From a virus: a DNA stretch of 64,000 bases. Numbering within the stretch: position 1 is the first letter of the stretch; each line of letters starts with the position of its first letter. Positions 18,401-26,622 of this stretch are shown piece after piece. Location: IMG/VR virus record IMGVR_UViG_3300011116_000448, positions 3,346 through 67,345 of that record. One strand, written 5' to 3'. Below the pieces are notes generated by a model that saw nothing but the letters and a program-made list of their open reading frames with translations, did not search any database and had not been told where the DNA came from. Made by a program: the position numbers and the translations under genes.

Positions 18401-20162
18401 CCATCACTTTCTTGCGAATCTCGTCAGGATACTTAGCACCTGCCTTATCAAGATCGCGCTGGACGTTAATACGATATAGCTTGTTGATCATATCGTCGGA
18501 GAAGTTACGGACAACTGTATCCTGATAACCAAACTGGTCAGTCAAAGCTGCCGCCTTGGTCAAGATCTTTTCGTCGTTGGAGTGTACCTGCGGCTGGTCG
18601 TCAATGTCTTTGTACATCACGCCATTAGGTGTACGCTTAAGGAAAGACTCACGCGAACGAACAAAGCTAGCCTTACGGGCTGCTTCAATAAGATCCCTGT
18701 CGCTTGGGGGTCTATTTAGATTTGTTTCAAAGTGGTTATAAAGATCACTGAGACCGTCGCGCTCCTCACCCTTCTTATCCTTGTACTTGATATTGCGAAG
18801 GTACTCAGCAGCCTGTACACGATCCGTAATACCGTAGTCGGCGTTAGGATCACGAATGATACCGCTTACCGGAGGAGGAAGAGCCGCCTGAGGTGTAGTC
18901 TGGTCGTACCCATAAATGATGTCTTCCTTCATGGTAGACGCAGCTTCGCTTACGGGACGCTCTGGACGAGGGTCTCCAAGGAAAGACGAATCAATAGGCT
19001 GGACAGGTGTCTTGGGTTTTGGCTGGTAACGATAGCCTTTGTAAAGACCAAAAGGCACACCTACAAGAGTACCCATGACCCCGGCATTGAAGTACTCGGC
19101 CTTGGCTTCGTCATCCAAAAGAGGCATATCGGCGTTCATGCGGGACAGGGCAGAAGTACCCATACCTACAAAAGCATTAGTACCTGCCACGTCAGCCATA
19201 TTGCCGAGGAGGCGTGTACTCATCTTGGACCCAAGGTCTACACCCCACTTTTCAAGGGTGTTAAGGACGGGTCCAGCAAAAATAATGGAGTCCACAGGAA
19301 TGGCCTGCAGTCCCGCTGCTACGGTCCCTAGGGTAGCTGCCTTGGTCCAATCAATGTGATCCTTGGGGTTCTCTACCCCCTGCTCTTTAAGGGCCTGAAC
19401 CTGCCTGTCAGCGAACTGGGCGATGGTTACGGGCGCAGTGACACCTGCAGCCCCAAAGAACGACCCTAGACGGGCAGCAGCGGTACCAGCCTTCATACCC
19501 GCTGATCCTGCCGCAAGGTAACCACCAGCACCACCACCAGCCAACGCTAGGCCCATGTAGGGCGCTCCTGCACCTATGGTCTGAAGGGCAAAGTCGTACA
19601 GCTTACCTTGGTCCCAAGCTGACTGAACGTCAGGGACAGTAAACTGACCGTAATTCTTTTGATAATCATTCTTAAGTTGGTCGGCGTATTCGTGCCATTC
19701 CTTGCCAAGGTTCTCCATACCCACTCCCTCAAGACTATAGGCTAGGGCACTGGAAAGCTCACTGGGCATACTGTAAAGGGTGGCACCTTTGGCTGCACCC
19801 CAAATACCGGGAGAGTTGTGGTCCCAGATGGCCTCCAGAACCTCCTCAGGCGTCTTGTCAGCGGGGGCATTGTACCGCTTACCGTCACCCGCAAACTCAT
19901 AGATAATCGTGTTAGGGTCCTTGCTAGAAGGTCCTACGGGCTTAAGAATCTGGTCAGGGGAATCTACTCCAAAGAACTGCTTGGAGAAAGCTTGGGGTTC
20001 ACCCGAAGAGGAACTACCTACTGCTGGCTCTTTACTTCTCTCGTTGAGTACCCCAAGGATTGATTCGTTAAAAGGGTCTGGATTCTGCCTCTGCGGGAAC
20101 GTAGCCTGCATGGCATTATCGACAACCCCTTGTGCAAAGGGACTCAACGGATCTGTAGCCAT
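12423..20162 (-). CDS. giant virion ejection/polyvalent protein containing ADP-ribosyltransferase-like and ParB/Srx-like domains
   Basis: 2579 aa, GGAGG SD, last large gene of the virion arm; Gly/Ala-rich hydrophobic N-terminal region; LYHGT...YFS...QFIVF (ART-like); DI.ENGL.NPL.V...EGNHRLQALKELG...PV (ParB-like). Confidence 0.75.
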   Translation of the reverse strand: MATDPLSPFAQGVVDNAMQATFPQRQNPDPFNESILGVLNERSKEPAVGSSSSGEPQAFSKQFFGVDSPDQILKPVGPSSKDPNTIIYEFAGDGKRYNAPADKTPEEVLEAIWDHNSPGIWGAAKGATLYSMPSELSSALAYSLEGVGMENLGKEWHEYADQLKNDYQKNYGQFTVPDVQSAWDQGKLYDFALQTIGAGAPYMGLALAGGGAGGYLAAGSAGMKAGTAAARLGSFFGAAGVTAPVTIAQFADRQVQALKEQGVENPKDHIDWTKAATLGTVAAGLQAIPVDSIIFAGPVLNTLEKWGVDLGSKMSTRLLGNMADVAGTNAFVGMGTSALSRMNADMPLLDDEAKAEYFNAGVMGTLVGVPFGLYKGYRYQPKPKTPVQPIDSSFLGDPRPERPVSEAASTMKEDIIYGYDQTTPQAALPPPVSGIIRDPNADYGITDRVQAAEYLRNIKYKDKKGEERDGLSDLYNHFETNLNRPPSDRDLIEAARKASFVRSRESFLKRTPNGVMYKDIDDQPQVHSNDEKILTKAAALTDQFGYQDTVVRNFSDDMINKLYRINVQRDLDKAGAKYPDEIRKKVMEDFENFVDKKVMEDVQQYGSIYKRPDAQERINKNIKAANQMLSENPRKKLAETLMNKRRSEAEKKQYAASKGARPEDVISHFDDGAPIILYHGTMPDSAKAIDESGEFNPQTGKRAYYYSEFGDFSSYFSKNPNSFWFDQDAEARRAVAYPEKIKAFLKPSARIFTIKTFEDAQRLAKMLGYTDRMSEPMRKFDDTRFGGEKGNPDFWVHPDGTAMDHQVFPTTKPRKQDAVDQMMRDFAVDFDSVDEAGTKVTAADQRARMAEMKAKLQKLNIDALDIREGFASYEEHVEGRMPFSDLPTSDQFIVFNHDVIKPSKYGLIRKRPGNPPINQPFYGEDRVPRSPKRSSYWKDLDGNTRKRSDMDNYARYIEDVPIEFLEKIKGNKLRMTREEMEALKKDIQENGLNNPLIVNVGADSRTAKLGEGNHRLQALKELGYTHAPVRISVGQKWGSELNNSGLIDGLLIPEKGKYFKSEAKPSEVFRTGPVPKQKLLDLPVEPVKPIAPTSTEMKWAGAKEATKKYEADMRDYRKALKEYKQKLKEVQEENVRIQRRNESTGVKDIYPKAPDKVTSRGGKFIEEPPVDGEAFGPYAGMRSDPMAIRGLLEYKPAQTAEALAKAATMPGPNATPKLKKSQVIEALLRSPLFKRMLEDKHTTTDELRRIANRYWKERNKPIISDTLADTIDTSPKPGEFRYDPKAFKGTPRAPQRAKLSDVSEQILNQLHDEVDKLAMERNADFLKRNPDLGPALNEMFKKFAEMSANVKVSEKPRIMRATKKFSEQVMNRVKLLNTIENAFNKVHPSLSKLFRQSFDKMLSGKEMDKATFNAMLTSLHTAFNINKPKNLNEEALATWYKNMRQFLPDKTIDALNKNRQFFSEWYGAQEGVNPKDLGTFRTEDLEAMAFAKYLKGDLNVNIKDFKDIKQKKIFSAFEKSFKQLNKEFADIGYKKLDDILEYNDSPEVFEQNSREVPPEARRPNVFADRVLDEVNRPKQEQAEVKVEEIKEAATEAGASSPPPNFKDPQTRSGRDSNDPFLRSEANNIGTAGGAMSFLFSVAKMARKHPIIGRVHNIFVKQKDVAANIDLAFTKQFDYVYKDLANKDMDKIIRAGDIIDHLRNTKQGIKEDTQGRIVFKDENDADVVLSKVDSDIVKGVSDFFKVGIREDMSVTRELLEHFRKEYNVGKDSSLLHLQDTIDNIEKLIKNNPLPEFRNKYVRDRDMLQEFHDQLKHSEALLARDVAYIPHMRFGDYVVWVKDRKTGNLVHMEVLDNTDNLLGLKTSALPSKKHADQKIDKLGLRKKYDPKDFELTHGQLTYNSAAKLIQKGMLSMELIQSLNATGLERNIELAHMLATGVKDPQSFMKAWSEDAGSTKNHIMRYVLAQGKGKYLMRAQDEPVISGYSRDWDHVMDAYKNTFKNSIARKATAMELAAAQKDIVLSDKVAPELKKYANNYVDYMLNPSTDYGALRNFNFFWTMGYRLSTAMLQIATLPTQAAGVLVGYTGNPLSAMSYLSKGISKLVKMQPGDKNSEFFNAHPGYFRQSMTEDAIAKEINTDYISHLGPGAKQAEKGFNFIKNNAGFFVSNTENFTRKSTFIAFRDMFKDSPEITRKAIKDLATDYDWQYFWDTNKTKMDVEDAMALYHMRLVHAEFGKTGRGPMQRGLFGTLAFPFMTYPQQMLELLFEQMTAKKGAAGVLAGLYTMGAYVAFSGLNGIPAYDLWKTLYEEYEEKVNGRMVDLNMQLEAAGMPEFLRRGALSTTFGLDMSSRLSQDIIGQNLLMGLLKDEIKIGEITGVPGRTLVEMMNGAADVLSGSSSKSALEKIQPFMPSVGKDVAKTAQMVTEPENYWKTKSGKILKDTNEDGTRPFDVLGQLTGFTPLEKTQERERLYMQQRANQEFTGWKSRLAERVATAEYLMYLGSTQDDNEKYQEGREMRADVTKDLREYAKANGIRLDSNFWRGFRSSVQERLWQKKNPGKIKKPTQQERRYQNILTRDKE

Positions 20163-20187
20163 AGTAAGTAGTTAACCTCCTTATCGG

Positions 20188-23100
20188 TTAGTTAAAAAGA
20201 CTTGTCCCTTCTTCTTCAGGGTTTTTCAAGCCGTAACCTGCATTATTGACAATATCCAACCATTCCTGCGGAACAGGCTCACCTACACGGTCAGTCTGCC
20301 AACGCATAATAGCCTTTAGAATCTCATTCACACGAGTTTCCTTAGCGGTCAACCCTGCCTTCTGGCGTTCAAAGTCAAGCTGCATTTCCTTTTCTTGGAG
20401 TTTAGCAGCCTGCGCCTGACGGGCCAATTCAGCCTTGACGTTTGGATCAAGCGAGTCAACCATCGCATTAGTATACCGCATCTTGACGATTTCCTGCAGC
20501 TTCTCCGAGGCTTCTTGGCCCTTCTTAAGCTGTTCCTTATCGCGATCAGCCAACGAAGCCAAACCAGCTTCACCCAGCGCATTACCAAAGCTGCCCTTGG
20601 AGGCCAGAATGGAAAGACCAAGCTTCAGGAGGGGTTCATTGACGTTGTCAAACATACCAAAGACTGCCTGCTTCTTTGGCTTCGTCTGGGCGTCCATGTA
20701 CTCCCGAAGGCGATCTTTGTACAACTGACGCAGCATCGCGGCCTCAGGATCGTCGTCAACGACATCTCCACCGGGAGCACCGGGACCACCGCCCGTACCA
20801 CCTGTCGGATCAGCTTGCGCTCCCGCAGGAATCTCAGGTGCACCACCCTGTGGCGTACCAATCATGTCAGACATCTCGTTGTAGAAGTTATCCACCGGGT
20901 CACCAGAATTACCCCACTCACCAAGAGCGTCCATATAAAGATTGGGGTTTGGCTTGTAATCCCAGCCTTTTTCGTCTATTGGAAGGACAATCTTCTGGTC
21001 AGTAGGCACCCTGCCACTAGTCGAAGGAGTAATTCCAAGTCCCGGAATCTGAGACAAGAAATCATCCCAACGCCCAATGCCATTAGGATCTTTGGCGCGC
21101 TCCCGTGCTTTTTCAAATACACCGGGCTCCCGCGTCTTCCAATCAGCAGGGTTTTCAGGCATACGCAGGACGTTAGGTTCACGCGGCTGCTTCTTTGGGG
21201 TCGTTACCGTAGGCGACCCGATGACGTTGACCTTGTTAGAAGTCAAATCAGCCTTGTTACCCTTCGGGATGGACCGATAAAGGTCAATCTCGTCAGCAGT
21301 TACGTCAGGCGGAGGCGGCATTACGCTATCCCAGCTCTCAAGAGGAAGGACAAGACTGTCGTCACCATACTGACGCCTAAAGACTTCATCCCAATCTTCA
21401 AGAGGGAAGATCTGACTGTCTGATGAGTAAGCACCACCACCCTTTGAGAACTTCTTGATTAGACCGCCACCAGCAAAGCCCATACCACCTTTGGTGAAAG
21501 AGTCGCCAATGATGTCTATAGGATTGAATGTAGTCGTCCCACCACTAATGGTTTCACCTCCTCTAGAGGGATCATTCTGAGGAACAGCCCCACGCTCTGC
21601 AAGCATCTCGTCAATTGTCTTACCTGAATACTTTTCTCGAAGATTGTTGTAAGCTTTTTCCTTGTCTGCTCGGTAGTCATTAAAAGTGTACCCAGCTTTC
21701 TTTGTCCAAGGATTGCCTTTTGACTTAGCTGCACTCTTTAAACCAACTTCAACTAGAATATCTTTCATAGGCTTATCAGCCTTATCGTAAAGAGTCGGAA
21801 TAGCTTTTACTGCACCGTCAGGACCAAGATGGTGTGCAAGGTACAAGTTCATTTCTGTAATAGGCAAACCTGCCTTCTTCAACGTATTGTATGAAGTTGG
21901 TAGATAGAAATTCTTGTACACGTAAGCAGCAGCTTCAGCGCTTGGAAGATACTTTGCAAGTTCAGGATCACCGCTTTTGTACTTGTAAATATCCTGCTTG
22001 TTAACAGGACGAATATTTAGTTGTTCTCTGACAGCTTTAGGTACTTTCTTTACATAACCATTCCAAGTATCTGCTGTGTACTGGAACGGAGTAAAAGCAT
22101 GAGTACCCGCAAGAGTCATATCGGCGTCGTTCTTTGACAAGTCTTTGTTTTTAATAGAATTGTCCTGTTCGTTCATCTTGGTACCTTCAACAAAAAGGTC
22201 CTCGTTGACGTTATCCCACATCTTGGAGTTAGAATAACGCTTTACTTCCACGTCCCTAGGCACGCGTGAAGGATCTGCGTTGGGGTCCATAGGCAGGGAA
22301 TCAATGATGTCTTGTGGAGCACGAGAGGTCTGATTACGGGCCTGTGCTTTGGTAATTGTACCTTCACCTACAGAGTCAACTTTACCAAGAACGTCGTCAC
22401 GACCTAGGTTTTGGAAGTCCGGTTGAAACTTTCCAGCACTCGAATCCATTCCATGATAAAGCGCAGCAAGAGGATCTACCATCTCGGCAGGGACGCGAGC
22501 TTGGTTCTTTTCAAAGCTTTTTCCACCTTGAACAAAACCACCTTCCTGATAAGCGCGAGTATCCTTGTTATCGTACTTGCTTGCTCTTCCGGGACCAGTC
22601 AAACGACGCTTAGTCAGTTCTTCCAACGGTGTACCCGGAAGGTACTCGTACTCTTTACGCAGACGCTTGGCATCAATCAATTCCTGAGGGAATGCACGAC
22701 CTGAATCATTAAGATATCGCAAAGCATCTTCTTTACGCACGTCTGCTTCGTCAAACGGCAAAGGCTCGCCCATCTGCATGGAAAGCTCATTCATAGCCTT
22801 AGCTTTTGCTACATCTTTGGCAAGCGTAGTAATCATGGCATCAAGAGGATTGTTACTCTTAGGTGCTGCACCAACCTTCTTCAAACGCTCTTCCGTGGCG
22901 TCGTTGTTCTTCAAAAGAGGTTTGCGCTTGACGTAATCTTCCTGCTTCTGAATGTTCTTGATAAGCTTCATATCTTCGTTAAGATACGAAAGATCACCTA
23001 GTTCGTCACCGTAGCGTGGGTAATCGTTACGAATAACGTCTTGAAAGCCCCGCTGGGGAAGAGTACGTTTATCCAACCCAAGCATACGCAAGATGTCGTA

Positions 23101-24990
23101 ATGGCCTTTGTCATCCTCTGGAACGTTCAATTCCCAACCGTCGCCGGGACCAACCTTACCACCGCCTGCGTAACCTGACTGCTTACCGTCAATAACGTCT
23201 TGAAACGAATCAAACTGGGGAACACTTGAATTCCTCAACGGGGGTTGTCCAAATGTCTCCTGCATCATGCGGATCATTTCAGGATCTTTCATCCAATCTG
23301 GCATTGGTGGGTTTGGATTCATATGCTGTTCGTATTGACGACGAATTGCATCTTGATTGCCTAACTCCGGAGGTGACTGCTGCTCAAGCAATTTACCAAG
23401 AATATCCAAAGTCTTTGGATCAAGCATAGGAACAGACTTTGAAGAATCTTTGCGCTGGGGCGATACAAAACCACCTTTAGCGTACACGCTCAACGGCTGA
23501 TTAACCGGACCCTGTACCTCTGGACGCTGGAGCGTATTGCCCTGAAGCCCCATGGGGCCACCGGGACCGGGGATACCCGGCGCAAGCGGAACACGCTGCT
23601 GGCTCATCGGAGTGTACGTCTGGTTGAACTGCGGCATGGAGCTAGGTGCTCCGTAGCTGGGGTTCACCGTGTTCTGAGAAGGACGCGTGAACGAATTAAA
23701 GTTCATATTCTGAAGGAACGTATCCCAGTCAAAAGCCTGACGTGGCTGCACAGCAGGAAGAACCTGCGGCTGCTTTGTAAGACCTTTGGAATCTCGGTAG
23801 CCCTGAATAAACTTGGAACCTTTAGAGCCAAAACGCTGCAAACGCTCGCCCTCGTCCATTTCATCAAAATCAGCCATGCGGTTCATTCTGGAAGAAGTCA
23901 TAAGACCTCCAAGACCATGAGTCTGACCGTCTTCTTTAGCCTGATCCAAGTACTCCATAGTGGCTTCTAAGGGGTCCATGCCAGCCATCATACCAAGTCC
24001 AGCTTTGACCATACCACCATTAGCGTAACCTTTGATTAGACCACCTGTCGCAATCTTATTTACAGGTGCACCCGGTCTGTCTGTTGTTTGCTGCCCTAGC
24101 GCACTTGCCCCTGCGCCAAGTCCTGCTAGCGCAGCCGGATTACCACTCATGATGCCCGCTGCTGCAAGCCCAATACCCGCAAGGGTCTTGATCGGAGAGT
24201 CACTCTGGGTCGTTTCAGTCGTATTTGTCTTTGTAAAGAGATCGCGTGGATACTGTGCAGCAATAGTACTAAGGAACGAAGCTTTGTTTAGATCGTCCTG
24301 ATCTTCGCGCATGAACTCCGAATAACCAAAGTCAAGACCAGCCTGATTACGGGTTCGTTCAGTTAATCCCGTACTCATAAGACGCTGAATATCACCTGTA
24401 TTGTAATTCTGGGCACCTTGAACATTCTGAATAGCACCACTAATATTGGCGCGTTGGTTATCCTGCGCCCTAAACCAAGTGTTCATGCCTTTGTCGTAAG
24501 CATCTGCGTAAGTAGAACCCGAAAGATCACGGGCGCTCTTCAGAAGCTCTCCAAGGTTAGCCCCTTCAAGGACACCGTGACGAAGACCGCCAAAAGCCCC
24601 CGACATACCTGCCGTGGAGCCAATCTTGGTCATGTTGATGTCTGACTGCTCCTGCAGACGATCAAGAGAGTTACCAAGGACGTAGTTTACGTAAGGATTA
24701 ATAAACTGAGTAGCGTCAGGTGTTGCATTGTTCATCAAATCCTGACTAGACTGCATAGCCATGTTGACGACAGGCTGATACATACCTGCCTGTGAGCCCG
24801 CTGCGCCAATACCTGCTTGTTCGTTAGCACTTAGTTCAGCAATACGTGGTGCTGTATACTGATTAAAGCCCTGCGTTCCTGCAGCCTCCGCACGTCCCAG
24901 AGCCATGTTGATAAAGTTCTGGTAGTTCTGAGGAACCTTAGTACTCGACGTACTGGTGGATTTGGTTTTAGATTCAAAAAGACTACCCAA
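20188..24990 (-). CDS. 1600-aa virion ejection (DNA transfer) protein with lytic transglycosylase-like domain and repeated [YF]xxGG motifs
   Basis: Pilot-protein-like N-terminus (FINPY, GAFGG.R); FQYT..TW...LYLAHHLG..GA lysozyme-like segment; directly follows the GNAT gene. Confidence 0.7.
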   Translation of the reverse strand: MGSLFESKTKSTSTSSTKVPQNYQNFINMALGRAEAAGTQGFNQYTAPRIAELSANEQAGIGAAGSQAGMYQPVVNMAMQSSQDLMNNATPDATQFINPYVNYVLGNSLDRLQEQSDINMTKIGSTAGMSGAFGGLRHGVLEGANLGELLKSARDLSGSTYADAYDKGMNTWFRAQDNQRANISGAIQNVQGAQNYNTGDIQRLMSTGLTERTRNQAGLDFGYSEFMREDQDDLNKASFLSTIAAQYPRDLFTKTNTTETTQSDSPIKTLAGIGLAAAGIMSGNPAALAGLGAGASALGQQTTDRPGAPVNKIATGGLIKGYANGGMVKAGLGMMAGMDPLEATMEYLDQAKEDGQTHGLGGLMTSSRMNRMADFDEMDEGERLQRFGSKGSKFIQGYRDSKGLTKQPQVLPAVQPRQAFDWDTFLQNMNFNSFTRPSQNTVNPSYGAPSSMPQFNQTYTPMSQQRVPLAPGIPGPGGPMGLQGNTLQRPEVQGPVNQPLSVYAKGGFVSPQRKDSSKSVPMLDPKTLDILGKLLEQQSPPELGNQDAIRRQYEQHMNPNPPMPDWMKDPEMIRMMQETFGQPPLRNSSVPQFDSFQDVIDGKQSGYAGGGKVGPGDGWELNVPEDDKGHYDILRMLGLDKRTLPQRGFQDVIRNDYPRYGDELGDLSYLNEDMKLIKNIQKQEDYVKRKPLLKNNDATEERLKKVGAAPKSNNPLDAMITTLAKDVAKAKAMNELSMQMGEPLPFDEADVRKEDALRYLNDSGRAFPQELIDAKRLRKEYEYLPGTPLEELTKRRLTGPGRASKYDNKDTRAYQEGGFVQGGKSFEKNQARVPAEMVDPLAALYHGMDSSAGKFQPDFQNLGRDDVLGKVDSVGEGTITKAQARNQTSRAPQDIIDSLPMDPNADPSRVPRDVEVKRYSNSKMWDNVNEDLFVEGTKMNEQDNSIKNKDLSKNDADMTLAGTHAFTPFQYTADTWNGYVKKVPKAVREQLNIRPVNKQDIYKYKSGDPELAKYLPSAEAAAYVYKNFYLPTSYNTLKKAGLPITEMNLYLAHHLGPDGAVKAIPTLYDKADKPMKDILVEVGLKSAAKSKGNPWTKKAGYTFNDYRADKEKAYNNLREKYSGKTIDEMLAERGAVPQNDPSRGGETISGGTTTFNPIDIIGDSFTKGGMGFAGGGLIKKFSKGGGAYSSDSQIFPLEDWDEVFRRQYGDDSLVLPLESWDSVMPPPPDVTADEIDLYRSIPKGNKADLTSNKVNVIGSPTVTTPKKQPREPNVLRMPENPADWKTREPGVFEKARERAKDPNGIGRWDDFLSQIPGLGITPSTSGRVPTDQKIVLPIDEKGWDYKPNPNLYMDALGEWGNSGDPVDNFYNEMSDMIGTPQGGAPEIPAGAQADPTGGTGGGPGAPGGDVVDDDPEAAMLRQLYKDRLREYMDAQTKPKKQAVFGMFDNVNEPLLKLGLSILASKGSFGNALGEAGLASLADRDKEQLKKGQEASEKLQEIVKMRYTNAMVDSLDPNVKAELARQAQAAKLQEKEMQLDFERQKAGLTAKETRVNEILKAIMRWQTDRVGEPVPQEWLDIVNNAGYGLKNPEEEGTSLFN

Positions 24991-24993
24991 GGT

Positions 24994-25515
24994 TTAAGTA
25001 ACTCCCTCCGGAATATACAGGGTTTTGAAGCCTATATTCTTGAACCCCTTAAAGCCCAAATACCGTGACATTCGGTTCTGGTCGTTAGTCGAGTCCATAT
25101 TGAAAATGTCAAGCAGCAACGGTGCACCTACACCATTAGCAAAGTCTTTTGTGATGTCCAGAAGGCGCTCTTGGATACGGTATCCTTTGCGGTATTCCGG
25201 GGTTACAAAAAAGACAAGATTTGTAAAAAAGCTTTGATTGCTCCACCAAAGTGTGGTAGACCCAAGCACAATTGTTCCCACAATTATATCATCTTCGTTA
25301 AGAGCCAAAAGGGCAACCCCCCGATTATCAACGATGATTTCCTTAATAACTTGGGCAGTAAGGGGGATATCCTGAGGAGCCAGCTTTTCTAGATGGTTCT
25401 CTTTCTCAACGCGATTCAAGAAAAGCGAAAGACCTACTACGTCATCCGGCGTAGCATTTCGGTAGGTAATACCTTTGTAGGTGTACATTTGCTTAGAAAA
25501 CTCCCTCTTGTTCAA
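24994..25515 (-). CDS. GNAT-family acetyltransferase (virion-associated)
   Basis: YRNATPDD, FFVTPEYRKG and GF motifs; usual position before the ejection genes. Confidence 0.8.
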   Translation of the reverse strand: MNKREFSKQMYTYKGITYRNATPDDVVGLSLFLNRVEKENHLEKLAPQDIPLTAQVIKEIIVDNRGVALLALNEDDIIVGTIVLGSTTLWWSNQSFFTNLVFFVTPEYRKGYRIQERLLDITKDFANGVGAPLLLDIFNMDSTNDQNRMSRYLGFKGFKNIGFKTLYIPEGVT

Positions 25516-26080
25516 ATTTGTTGCTTTTTGTTCTGTTCTCTATGAACGTGAGTATTTGTAAATTCCACGGAACGTGCAGTCCGCTAACTATTTTACCCCG
25601 TAAAGGTACAATATGATCTACATGATGTTGAACCCCCGTTATTTCTGTTAACCTTTGAGCCTCGGTGTAAAAGCCTGTAATCTCCATAAGTTGTTCAGGT
25701 GTCAGCCAATTAGGGGTTCGTCTAGTTTTACGTTCTTTGTAGTTCCTTTTCCAAGCCCGGTCTTTATCCCTATTTTCCTCTCTATACCTTTTCTGGTACT
25801 CAAGGACTTTCTCTTTATTGCTTTGATAATACTCTCGTTTGTAAGCCAAATCCGCCTCAAGTCGTCGCTGGCGATTCATCTCATTTTTAATGAGTATTTT
25901 ACCCTTATTTTTTACGTACTGTATGGGGTACCGCTCTCGCGCTTTTAATTTGCGACAAGCAGTGCAAGTACCTGTTGCAGTTACTCTTTTTTCAAAATGC
26001 CCTAGCTTACAAGGTTTTTCCGAGTAATAGAATTTTTCATTTGCAATTTGAGCGAGGTATCTATTACTTCGAGCGACCAT
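25493..26080 (-). CDS. HNH homing endonuclease
   Basis: KPC..GH..R.....C..C N-terminus; TP.WL; HVDHIVPL.G..VSGLHVPWNLQIL...N..KSN; AT-rich, overlaps both neighbours. Confidence 0.9.
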   Translation of the reverse strand: MVARSNRYLAQIANEKFYYSEKPCKLGHFEKRVTATGTCTACRKLKARERYPIQYVKNKGKILIKNEMNRQRRLEADLAYKREYYQSNKEKVLEYQKRYREENRDKDRAWKRNYKERKTRRTPNWLTPEQLMEITGFYTEAQRLTEITGVQHHVDHIVPLRGKIVSGLHVPWNLQILTFIENRTKSNKFEQEGVF

Positions 26081-26354
26081 CTTTTATAAGGGTATCCAAA
26101 GGTGCAGGTTGCTGTGTCTTGCCCATTTTTATACGCCTAATCTCTTTCACTAGAGAATCTAAGATTTTGGCCCCTGCGTCAGTATTACCATCTCCGAGCA
26201 AAGATACTGTTTGCGCGTCAATAACATACTCACCTTCAGACAGGGCTGCTGGCTGGTTTCCGTTAATACTTGCAGGAACGTCATCCTTCATCCCCGTAGC
26301 AGGGGTATTCTTGTGGATGTTCTTGATAAGCTTCATAATGGCGGATTTGTTCAT
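26064..26354 (-). CDS. small conserved phage structural-module protein (G..D..PA.LS.GE.V domain)
   Basis: TGMKDDVPA...AALSEGEYVIDA..VS.LGDG.TDAGAKIL; I recognise this motif from phage internal/tape-measure proteins. Confidence 0.7.
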   Translation of the reverse strand: MNKSAIMKLIKNIHKNTPATGMKDDVPASINGNQPAALSEGEYVIDAQTVSLLGDGNTDAGAKILDSLVKEIRRIKMGKTQQPAPLDTLIKDGRSK

Positions 26355-26357
26355 TTT

Positions 26358-26618
26358 TTAGGGCAACTTTCCTGATTCTTGCAATTGCACCAACAAGGTG
26401 CCTAGTACCTTTCGGGTTTCGTCCAAAGTAGCTGTAGTTGGGTCCAAAGCGTAGGTAGGGGTATTGTTTGTGACAACAATACGCTCCTTGGCAAAAGGCT
26501 GCTCTGGCATACGTTCAAGCACACCTTCAATGGCCCTGACCAATTGAATAAGATAATCGTAGACCTCGTCGTTCTTCTTTTCAAACTTCTTGTTGGGCTG
26601 GGGTAGTCTGACTCTCAT
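26358..26618 (-). CDS. small tail-associated protein
   Basis: Position immediately after the nozzle gene; RLP.P...L..LVR.IE pattern. Confidence 0.55.
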   Translation of the reverse strand: MRVRLPQPNKKFEKKNDEVYDYLIQLVRAIEGVLERMPEQPFAKERIVVTNNTPTYALDPTTATLDETRKVLGTLLVQLQESGKLP

Positions 26619-26622
26619 TTTC

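Noticed and set aside
18361-18415. 18-bp direct repeat TCTTCCATCACTTTCTTG
   Set aside because: A short in-frame duplication (KKVMED twice) inside the giant protein, with no sign of att or transposon ends.
12423-20162. Giant protein considered as an N4-like virion RNA polymerase
   Set aside because: No DxDGD or T7-type polymerase motifs were recognised; the architecture fits an ejection/polyvalent protein.
20395-21423. 342-aa + strand ORF and many other 60-240 aa antisense ORFs across the virion arm
   Set aside because: They shadow long, motif-bearing minus-strand genes and have no SD or recognisable motifs, as expected from codon bias.
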